A DNA stretch of 64,000 nt from an uncultured Rhodopila sp. (lineage in GTDB: Bacteria > Pseudomonadota > Alphaproteobacteria > Acetobacterales > Acetobacteraceae): positions 5,211 to 69,210 of the forward strand of contig CAIWTY010000068.1 of NCBI GenBank assembly GCA_903915725.1, written 5' to 3'. The notes under the pieces are model-generated. The model was not told the origin of the DNA. It ran no database searches and saw nothing but the letters and a program-made list of their open reading frames with translations. Shown one piece after another: positions 56,440 through 64,000 of this stretch. The first letter of the stretch is position 1; each line of letters begins with the position of its first letter. The position numbers were made by a program, and so were the translations under genes.

Positions 56440-57974
56440 CAGTGCACGATCCCGGCAAGCTTGGTGGTCGCGGCCAGTGCGGCGGTATGGTGCTGCACCA
56501 TCGCCCCCACGGTCGCATCGAAGTAGCTGGTGAAGCTGGACGGGTAGATGCCCATCCAAAGCGTCAGGGCGATCAGCGGCGCGAACACCACCCACTCCCG
56601 CGTGCTGAGGTCCAAAATCCCCCGCAGATCGGCGTGCGTGATGCGGCCGAAGATGATCCGGCGATACAAGTACAACATGTAGGCCGCACCCAGGATCATC
56701 CCCATGCCGCCCAGCAGGGCCAGCCAGAAGTTCACCTGCAACGAACCGATAATGACCAGGAACTCGCCGATGAAGCCTGCGGTGCCCGGGAGGCCAACGG
56801 AGGCCATCATGAACAGCATAAACACCAGCGCGTAGCCCGGCATGCGGTCGCCGAGGCCGCCGTAGCGCGCGATCTCCCTGGTGTGGATGCGGTCATAGAC
56901 GACGCCGACGACAAGGAACAACGAGCTGGCGACGATGCCGTGCGACAGCATCTGGAACAGCGCGCCGGAGATGCCCTGCACGTTGAAGGTGAAGATGCCG
57001 ATGGTCACCACGCCCATATGCGCGACCGACGAGTACGCAATCAGCTTCTTCATGTCCTCCTGCGCCAGCGCGACCAGCGAGGTGTAGATCACCGCCACCA
57101 CCGAAATCGCGAAGATGAACGGCGCGAAGTAGGTCGAGGCATCCGGCAGCATCGGCACCGAGAAGCGCAGGAACCCGTACGCTCCCATCTTCAGCAGCAC
57201 GCCCGCCAGTATGACCGAGCCGGCCGTCGGCGCCTCCACATGCGCATCCGGCAACCAGGTGTGCACCGGCCACATCGGCACCTTCACCGCGAAGGAGGCG
57301 AAGAACGCCAGGAACAGCCAGGTCTGCATATGCGGCGAGAACGCCGTCTGCATCAGCGTCGCGATGTCGGTGGTGCCGGCCTGCACCCACATGGCGATCA
57401 GCGCCAACAGCATCAAAACCGAGCCGGCGAGCGTGTAGAGGAAGAACTTCACCGCCGCATAGACGCGCCGCGGGCCGCCCCAGATGCCGATGATAAGATA
57501 CATCGGGATCAGCACGCCCTCGAAGAACATGTAGAACAGCACGAAGTCGGTGGCGCAGAACATGCCCACCATCATGGTTTCCAGGATCAGGAAGCTCATC
57601 ATGAACTCCCGCACCTTCACCTTGATGGCGTCCCATGCCGACAGGATGCATATCGGTGTCAGCAGGGTGGACAGCAGGACGAACAGGACCGAGATCCCGT
57701 CCACGCCCATTTTGTAGCCAACCTTGAACTCCGGCATCCAGATCACGCTCTCATTGAACTGGAAGCCGGGATCGGATTGGTCGAAGCTCACCCACAGCAC
57801 CAGCGACAGCACCAGGACCAGCAGGCTGGTCCACAGCGCCGCCCAGCGGGCGTTGGTGGCGACGGTTTCCTCGTCCCCGCGCAGCATTGTCGCGATGACC
57901 AGGGCGCCCACCAGCGGCAGCCAGGTGATCAGCGAGAGGATCGGGAAGCCGGCGATATTGGTCAAAGCGGGCAT
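56439..57974 (-). CDS. nuoM: NADH-quinone oxidoreductase subunit M
   Basis: GVDGIS, FYMFFEGVLIPM, VKVPMWPVHTWLPDAHVEAPT, KKLIAYSSVAHMG. Confidence 0.96.
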   Translation of the reverse strand: MPALTNIAGFPILSLITWLPLVGALVIATMLRGDEETVATNARWAALWTSLLVLVLSLVLWVSFDQSDPGFQFNESVIWMPEFKVGYKMGVDGISVLFVLLSTLLTPICILSAWDAIKVKVREFMMSFLILETMMVGMFCATDFVLFYMFFEGVLIPMYLIIGIWGGPRRVYAAVKFFLYTLAGSVLMLLALIAMWVQAGTTDIATLMQTAFSPHMQTWLFLAFFASFAVKVPMWPVHTWLPDAHVEAPTAGSVILAGVLLKMGAYGFLRFSVPMLPDASTYFAPFIFAISVVAVIYTSLVALAQEDMKKLIAYSSVAHMGVVTIGIFTFNVQGISGALFQMLSHGIVASSLFLVVGVVYDRIHTREIARYGGLGDRMPGYALVFMLFMMASVGLPGTAGFIGEFLVIIGSLQVNFWLALLGGMGMILGAAYMLYLYRRIIFGRITHADLRGILDLSTREWVVFAPLIALTLWMGIYPSSFTSYFDATVGAMVQHHTAALAATTKLAGIVH

Positions 57975-57978
57975 GATC

Positions 57979-59907
57979 TCACCGGCTCAGCATGAAGATG
58001 GCGACCAGCACGACAACGCCAATCAGCATGGCGAAGGCGTAGACGGCCAGGGATCCGGTCTGGATTTTGACGATCTGCTTCGATCCGTCGCTGGTCAGTT
58101 CGGCCAGCCCGTTGGGGACGCCGTCGATCAGCGTGGCATCGCCAACCTGCCAGAGGATGCGCGACAGGCGGATCAGCGGCTGGACGAGGACGCGGTCGTA
58201 GAACTCATCGAAATACCATTTGTTCAGGAACAGCCGGTAGATTGGCCCGAACACCTGCGCCATGCGCACCGGCAGCAACGGGTTGACGATATACATGACG
58301 AAGGCGATCAGGATGCCGGCGACGGCGAGCACCAGCGGCGCCTGCTCGACCCAGTCGGGCACCTTGTCGATGGCCTCGATGATGTCGCTGCCCCGGCCGT
58401 TATAGATCGAGCCGTTCCAGAAATGCTGGAAGTCCGCGCCGATGAACCACTCGTTCAGCGCCCAGCCGGCCCCGATGGCGCCGACGGACAGCACCAGCAG
58501 CGGCGTCAGCATCACCCACGGGCTTTCATGCGCATGCTCCAGCGCATGGTGATCGGCGCGCGACTTGCCGTGGAAGGTCATGAACAGCAACCGCCAGGAG
58601 TAGAAGGCGGTGAGGAACGCGGCCAGCAAGGTGCAGACAAAGGCGTAGTAGCCGATGGCGGTGCCCGAGGCGTAGGTCGCGGAGATGATCGCGTCCTTGG
58701 AATAGGACCCGGCCAGCGGCGGGATGCCAGCCAGTGCGAGGTTGCCGATCCACATCACCAGGCAGGTGACGGGGATGATTTTCCAAAGGCCGCCCATCTT
58801 GCGCATGTCCTGCTCGTCCGACATCGCGTGAATGACCGAGCCGGCGGACAGGAACAGCAGCGCCTTGAAGAAGGCGTGCGTGATCAGGTGGAACACCGAT
58901 GCCTCATACGCGCCCACGCCCGCGGCGGCGAACATGTAGCCGAGCTGGGAGCAGGTCGAATAGGCGATCACCCGCTTGATGTCATTCTGCGCGCAGCCGA
59001 TGGTCGCGGCGAACAGCGCGGTGGAGGCGCCGATGAAGGTGACGAAGCCCAGCGCATAGGGCGCGTACTCCATCAGCGGCGACATCCGCGCCATCAGGAA
59101 CACGCCGGCCGTGACCATCGTGGCGGCATGGATCAGCGCGGAGACCGGCGTCGGTCCTTCCATCGCGTCCGGCAGCCAGACATGGAAGCCAAGCTGCGCC
59201 GACTTGCCCATCGCGCCGATGAACAGCAGGAAGGCGATCACCTCAATGGACGAAAAAGTCGTCCCGAACAGCGCGTAGGTGTCGGAGCCATGCGCGGCGA
59301 CCGCCGGGAAAATGGTGGAAAACTCCAGCGAGCCGAACTTGAAGTAGATCAACGCCAGCCCAACAGCGAACGGCAGATCGGCTATGCGATTGACAATAAA
59401 AGCTTTTATTGCGGCGGCGCAGGCGCTTGGGCGGTCATACCAGTAGCCAATCAGCAGGTAGGAGCAGAGGCCGACGCCCTCCCAGCCGAAGAACAACTGC
59501 ACCAGGTTGTCGGCGGTCACCAGCATCAGCATGGCGAAGGAGAACAACGACAGGTAGGCGAAGAAACGGTATTTCGGCCGGGCGTCGTGACCCATGTAGC
59601 CGATGGAATAGACGTGGATCAGCATCGACACGAACGTCACCATCGCCACCATGACGGCGGACAGCGTGTCGTAGCGCAGCGCCCAGTTGACGTGGAAACG
59701 GCCGGACTCGATCCAGTTGCCGAGGTCGAGCACGCCCGGTTCGGCGCCTTGCGTCAGTTGCCAGAATGCCAGCGGCCCGCAAATGGCGGCCACGACCATG
59801 CCGAGGATGGACGCACCCATGGCGTTCTTGTCGCCGATGATCCGGCCGAGCAGGCCGGAGACCAGGGCGCCCGCCAGCGGCGCGAAAACGGCGAGAGCGT
59901 ACAGCAT
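57979..59907 (-). CDS. nuoL: NADH-quinone oxidoreductase subunit L
   Basis: FFGWEGVGLCSYLLIG, GKSAQLGFHVWLPDAMEGPTPVSALIHAATMV, DIKRVIAYST. Confidence 0.97.
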   Translation of the reverse strand: MLYALAVFAPLAGALVSGLLGRIIGDKNAMGASILGMVVAAICGPLAFWQLTQGAEPGVLDLGNWIESGRFHVNWALRYDTLSAVMVAMVTFVSMLIHVYSIGYMGHDARPKYRFFAYLSLFSFAMLMLVTADNLVQLFFGWEGVGLCSYLLIGYWYDRPSACAAAIKAFIVNRIADLPFAVGLALIYFKFGSLEFSTIFPAVAAHGSDTYALFGTTFSSIEVIAFLLFIGAMGKSAQLGFHVWLPDAMEGPTPVSALIHAATMVTAGVFLMARMSPLMEYAPYALGFVTFIGASTALFAATIGCAQNDIKRVIAYSTCSQLGYMFAAAGVGAYEASVFHLITHAFFKALLFLSAGSVIHAMSDEQDMRKMGGLWKIIPVTCLVMWIGNLALAGIPPLAGSYSKDAIISATYASGTAIGYYAFVCTLLAAFLTAFYSWRLLFMTFHGKSRADHHALEHAHESPWVMLTPLLVLSVGAIGAGWALNEWFIGADFQHFWNGSIYNGRGSDIIEAIDKVPDWVEQAPLVLAVAGILIAFVMYIVNPLLPVRMAQVFGPIYRLFLNKWYFDEFYDRVLVQPLIRLSRILWQVGDATLIDGVPNGLAELTSDGSKQIVKIQTGSLAVYAFAMLIGVVVLVAIFMLSR

Positions 59908-59909
59908 GG

Positions 59910-60221
59910 TCAGCCCTTCATCAGGTTGACGTCTTCAACCTGGATCGATCCGCGGTTGCGGAAATAGATCACGACAATGGCGAGCCCGATCGCCGCCTCG
60001 GCCGCCGCGACGGTCAGCACCAGCATCGCCATGATTTGCCCCGCCATGTCGTTCAGCGCGGCGGAGAAGGCGACGAAGTTGATGTTGACCGCAAGCAGGA
60101 TGAGTTCGATCGACATCAGGATGACGATGACGTTCTTGCGGTTCAGGAAGATGCCGAAGATGCCCAGCACAAGCAGGATGGCGGACACGGCGAGGAAGTG
60201 TCCGAGACCGACGGCCATCAT
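59910..60221 (-). CDS. nuoK: NADH-quinone oxidoreductase subunit K
   Basis: [36 protein letters not shown]; start at MMAVGLGHF. Confidence 0.95.
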   Translation of the reverse strand: MMAVGLGHFLAVSAILLVLGIFGIFLNRKNVIVILMSIELILLAVNINFVAFSAALNDMAGQIMAMLVLTVAAAEAAIGLAIVVIYFRNRGSIQVEDVNLMKG

Positions 60222-60280
60222 GGCGTGTACTCTCTCTGTATGGGCGTGCGGCCGGTGCCTGGCGCAGCGGTCACCGCCCT

Positions 60281-60377
60281 TTGTGTCATGGCCGGCCTTG
60301 TGCCGGCCATCCACGACTTGCGATGCTTAGACGAAGGAAAGTCGTGGATGGCCGGGCTAAACCCGGCCATGACACAA
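60281..60377. repeat. REP-type double hairpin between nuoJ and nuoK
   Basis: TTGTGTCATGGCCGG...ATCCACGAC...GTCGTGGATG...CCGGCCATGACACAA with perfect outer arms; extra partial CCATGAC at about 60388. Confidence 0.85.
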
Positions 60378-60404
60378 TCTACGCCAGCCATGACGCAAGA
60401 GGAA

Positions 60405-61100
60405 CTAATGCCCATGACCGTGCCCCCCGGCATCCGCTTCTTCCTCAACCGGTTCCGGCTCCGCGACAATCGGCCGCAGGATCCCGCCCGATGCGGTCGT
60501 GCCAGCCCCAAGCTTCACCGACACCAGTTGCAGCGTCTCCGCCACCGTCCGCTCCGTCTGGTGGCGGATGTTCTGGTGCCGCGAGGTCTTGCGATCACGC
60601 AAGGTCAGAACGATCGCGCCGATCATGGCGACGAGAAGGATCAGGCCGGCGGTCTGGAACTGGAAAATGTAGTCGGTGTAGAGAATCCTGCCGATCGCCT
60701 CGGTATTCGACATCCCCACCGGCGTTGGCGACATGCGCAACTGCACCGCACCCGGCGCCAGTTCCCACCCGCCCAGCACAATCGCCAGTTCCAGGAGCAG
60801 CACCACGCCAACGGTCGCGCCGACGGGCAAATACCGCTGGAACCCGCCTCTTAGCTCGGCGAAGTCCACATCCAGCATCATCACCACGAACAGGAACAGC
60901 ACCGCGACCGCGCCGACATAGACGATGACCAGGATCATCGCCAGGAACTCCGCCCCGGCAATCAGGAACAGCGCCGCGGCGTTGAAGAACGCCAGGATCA
61001 GGAACAGCACGGAGTGCACCGGATTGCGCGAGCTGACGACCATCGCGGCCGATGCCAGCAATATCCCGGCGAAGATATAAAACAGGATTGCGGTGATCAT
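60405..61100 (-). CDS. nuoJ: NADH-quinone oxidoreductase subunit J
   Basis: [50 protein letters not shown]. Confidence 0.95.
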   Translation of the reverse strand: MITAILFYIFAGILLASAAMVVSSRNPVHSVLFLILAFFNAAALFLIAGAEFLAMILVIVYVGAVAVLFLFVVMMLDVDFAELRGGFQRYLPVGATVGVVLLLELAIVLGGWELAPGAVQLRMSPTPVGMSNTEAIGRILYTDYIFQFQTAGLILLVAMIGAIVLTLRDRKTSRHQNIRHQTERTVAETLQLVSVKLGAGTTASGGILRPIVAEPEPVEEEADAGGHGHGH

Positions 61101-61585
61101 CGGTAGGGCGCGTCCAGTTCCAGCCGCCGGGCCAGTTCCGGTTCCCACCGGTCGCCGTTCTCCAGCAGCTTGTCTTTATTGTACAAAAGCTCTTCACGCG
61201 TTTCGGTGGCGAACTCGAAGTTCGGGCCTTCGACGATCGCATCCACCGGGCAGGCTTCCTCGCAGAGACCGCAATAGATGCACTTGGTCATGTCGATATC
61301 ATACCGCGTCGTCCGGCGCGAGCCGTCGTCCCGCGGTTCGGCTTCGATGGTGATCGCCTGCGCCGGGCAGATCGCCTCGCACAGTTTGCAGGCGATGCAG
61401 CGTTCCTCGCCGTTCGGGTAGCGCCGCAGCGCGTGCTCGCCCTTGAAGCGGGGGCCGATGGGACCCTTTTCGTAGGGGTAGTTTATGGTCGCCTTGCGCC
61501 CGAAGAAATAGCGCAGGGTCAGCCCCATGCCCGAGACCAGTTCCCCGAGCAACAGGCTACGCGCGGTGCGGTCGATGAACGCCAT
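61097..61585 (-). CDS. nuoI: NADH-quinone oxidoreductase subunit I
   Basis: [14 protein letters not shown] and [13 protein letters not shown] 2x[4Fe-4S] motifs. Confidence 0.97.
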   Translation of the reverse strand: MAFIDRTARSLLLGELVSGMGLTLRYFFGRKATINYPYEKGPIGPRFKGEHALRRYPNGEERCIACKLCEAICPAQAITIEAEPRDDGSRRTTRYDIDMTKCIYCGLCEEACPVDAIVEGPNFEFATETREELLYNKDKLLENGDRWEPELARRLELDAPYR

Positions 61586-61614
61586 GTCAGGACTCCGCCG
61601 CTGGTATTTGAATT

Positions 61615-62622
61615 TCAAGCATTCGGCAGCCACCCGAAGGCCATCAGCGCGCCCGCCGTCAGCACCAGCCAGATCAGCGAGAACGGCAGGAACACCTTCC
61701 AGCCCAACCGCATGAGCTGATCGTAGCGATAGCGCGGGAAGGTGGCACGGACCCACAGGAAGACGAACAGCAGGGCGCAGATCTTCAGGATGAACCACAG
61801 CACGCCAAGCTGCGGCCACAGCCCGAACGGACCCATCCAGCCGCCGAGGAACAGAATCGCCGTCATCCCGCTCATGAGGATCATGTTGGCGTATTCGCCG
61901 AGGAAGAATAGCCCGAAGCTCATGGACGAGTATTCGACGAAGAACCCGGCGACGATCTCCGATTCACCTTCCGGCAGATCGAACGGGGAGCGGTTGGTTT
62001 CCGCCAGCGCCGAGATGAAGAAGATGATGAACATCGGGAACAGCGGGATGCAGAACCACATATGCTGCTGCGCCCGCACGATGTCCGACAGGTTCAGGCT
62101 GCCGACGCACAGCATCACGGTGACCAGGACGAAGCCCATCGAGACCTCGTAGCTGACCATCTGCGCGGCCGACCGCATGGCGCCGAGGAAGGCGTATTTC
62201 GAATTCGACGCCCAGCCGGCGATGATGATGCCGTAGACGCCAAGGGACGAAATCGCGAACAGGTACAGGATGCCGACATTGATGTCGGCGCTGACCCAGC
62301 CGTCGTTCACCGGCACCACCGCCCAGGCCAGCATCGCCAGCATGAAGGTCAGCATCGGCGCCAGCAGGAACAGCACCCGGTTGGCGCCGGACGGGATGAT
62401 GGTCTCCTTGGTGACCATCTTGATCGCGTCGGCGAACGGCTGAAACAGGCCGAACGGACCGACGACGTTCGGCCCCTTGCGCATCTGCATCGCCGCCAGG
62501 ACCTTGCGTTCCGCATAGGTCAGGTAGGCGACGCCGATCAGCAGCGGCACCAGCAGCGCCAGGGCCTCGGCGACGGTCAGGATCACCAGGCCGATGTTGG
62601 TATTGTAGAAGAAGTCGTACAT
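61615..62622 (-). CDS. nuoH: NADH-quinone oxidoreductase subunit H
   Basis: [53 protein letters not shown]. Confidence 0.97.
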   Translation of the reverse strand: MYDFFYNTNIGLVILTVAEALALLVPLLIGVAYLTYAERKVLAAMQMRKGPNVVGPFGLFQPFADAIKMVTKETIIPSGANRVLFLLAPMLTFMLAMLAWAVVPVNDGWVSADINVGILYLFAISSLGVYGIIIAGWASNSKYAFLGAMRSAAQMVSYEVSMGFVLVTVMLCVGSLNLSDIVRAQQHMWFCIPLFPMFIIFFISALAETNRSPFDLPEGESEIVAGFFVEYSSMSFGLFFLGEYANMILMSGMTAILFLGGWMGPFGLWPQLGVLWFILKICALLFVFLWVRATFPRYRYDQLMRLGWKVFLPFSLIWLVLTAGALMAFGWLPNA

Positions 62623-62626
62623 CGGT

Positions 62627-64000
62627 CTACTCCGCCGCCAGAGCAGGTGCGGCCTGCGCCGCGACGCAGGCGGCCATGGTCGGGCTGGCCCGGCTGATCG
62701 GGTCGGTTTGGTAGTAGTTGGCCACCGCCGAGACGAAGGGGGCAGCGGACAGCACGGTCGGGTCGCCCGCCGGGCCGGTGTGGTCCGAGCAGCCGAAACG
62801 CGGCAGGAAGCCGACGCGGCCGAACACCGGGTTGACCTGCTCCAGCCGTGCGCGCAGCGCATCGATCGTGTCGTACGGCAGCGTCTTGCCGATGACGGCG
62901 CTAAAGGCGCGCAGGATCGTCCAGTCCTCGCGCGCCTCGCCCGGCGCATAGACGGCCTTGAAGCCGTGTTGCGCGCGGCCTTCGGTGTTGACGTAAGTGC
63001 CTGATTTTTCGGTATACGCCGCGCCCGGCAGGATCACGTCCGCGCGGTGCGCACCGGCATCGCCATGATGGCCCTGGTAGACCACAAACGTCCCCGCCCC
63101 GATATGCGAGGCATCGAAGCCGTCCGCGCCGAGCAGCCAGAGGAACTCCACCCCGCCGCCGAGCATCGAGTCCAGCGTCTTGCCGTTCGGCCCCGGCACG
63201 AAACCGAGGTCCAGCGCGCCGACGCGGGCCGCGGCGGTGTGCAGGACATTGAAGCCGTGCCACTCGGAAGACAGCGCCCCGACATGCGCGGCCAAACGCC
63301 ACGCCGCCGCAAGCACGGCGCTGCCGTCCGGACGGGCGAGAGCGCCCTGCCCCACGATGATCATGGGCTTCTTCGCCGCGGCGAGAACCTTCGCAAAATC
63401 ATGCGAGTCGGACTGCAGGTCCTTCAGCACCGATGGTCCGGCGCCGAGATGCGCAGCGGGATAGGTCAGGTTCGTGGCATCGCCAATCACACCGACGACC
63501 GCGCCGCCGCTCGCCCAGCGCTTCCGGATGCGCGCGTTCAGCACGGGCGCTTCCTTGCGCGGGTTGGACCCGACGATCAGGATCGCGTCCGCCTCGTCGA
63601 TGCCGGAGATCGAGGTGTTGAAGCAGTAGAAGTCCCGCCGCGAGGCATCCAGCTTCGCCCCGTCCTGCCGGCAATCCAGGTTCGTGGACCCCAGGCTGAC
63701 GAACAGGTCCTTCAGCGCCAGCATGCTCTCGGCGTCGCACAGATCGCCGGCGATGGCGCCGATTTGCTCGCCTTTCAGGGGCTTCAGTTTGGCGGCGATG
63801 GTGTCGAAGGCCTCGGTCCAGGTGGCGGCGCGCAGCTTGCCGTTCTCGCGCACCCATGGGCGGTCGAGGCGGCGGCGCTTCAGGCCGTCGATGGCGAAGC
63901 GCGACTTGTCGCCGAGCCACTCCTCGTTCACGTCCTCATTGATGCGCGGCAGGACGCGCAGCACTTCCGGACCGCGCGCGTCGATGCGGATATTGGTGCC
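62627..64000 (-). CDS. nuoG: NADH-quinone oxidoreductase subunit G, 3' part (continues past the right edge)
   Basis: [59 protein letters not shown]. Confidence 0.95.
   Translation of the reverse strand, partial: GTNIRIDARGPEVLRVLPRINEDVNEEWLGDKSRFAIDGLKRRRLDRPWVRENGKLRAATWTEAFDTIAAKLKPLKGEQIGAIAGDLCDAESMLALKDLFVSLGSTNLDCRQDGAKLDASRRDFYCFNTSISGIDEADAILIVGSNPRKEAPVLNARIRKRWASGGAVVGVIGDATNLTYPAAHLGAGPSVLKDLQSDSHDFAKVLAAAKKPMIIVGQGALARPDGSAVLAAAWRLAAHVGALSSEWHGFNVLHTAAARVGALDLGFVPGPNGKTLDSMLGGGVEFLWLLGADGFDASHIGAGTFVVYQGHHGDAGAHRADVILPGAAYTEKSGTYVNTEGRAQHGFKAVYAPGEAREDWTILRAFSAVIGKTLPYDTIDALRARLEQVNPVFGRVGFLPRFGCSDHTGPAGDPTVLSAAPFVSAVANYYQTDPISRASPTMAACVAAQAAPALAAE

Noticed and set aside
54896-63464. 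Long opposite-strand or alternate-frame ORFs across the nuo operon (e.g. 57724-59967 +, 56427-57995 +) and similar ones over iorB, fixL and fbiC
   Set aside because: These are shadow ORFs expected from high-GC codon bias over genes with clear family motifs.

Overview
GC-rich alphaproteobacterial chromosome segment (gene content and repeats suggest an Acetobacteraceae/Rhodospirillales-type organism; inference). Left part (1-23.6 kb, somewhat lower GC) is an accessory redox/catabolic block: a Tat-type Rieske protein paired with a PQQ dehydrogenase that lacks the vicinal disulfide; a convergent run iorA-iorB-small exported protein-second PQQ dehydrogenase (CC present)-cytochrome c-hypothetical; an FO synthase (fbiC) flanked by three predicted F420-dependent enzymes; and a coupled flavin monooxygenase-Sbp-SulP operon. 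tRNA-Ser(TGA) lies at 23737-23826. The right part holds an enoyl-CoA hydratase/acyl-CoA dehydrogenase pair with a perfect 18-bp palindrome between them, a YfiR-like/TonB receptor/degenerate-MHYT hybrid kinase/REC-EAL signalling module, thiE, sbp-cysTWA, a toxin-antitoxin islet with a truncated low-GC gene, a fixL-fixJ-REC-fixK cascade with recognisable cis sites, sseA-metC, several hypotheticals and nuoG(partial)-nuoN. A ~200-bp MITE-like element occurs twice and its REP-like core four times. Best candidates for something undescribed: (1) the disulfide-less PQQ dehydrogenase-Rieske pair set against the CC-type PQQ dehydrogenase-cytochrome c pair; (2) the YfiR/TBDR module wired to a kinase whose MHYT sensor has lost its MHYT motifs; (3) the F420 cluster. 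All family calls come from motif recognition, not database searches.
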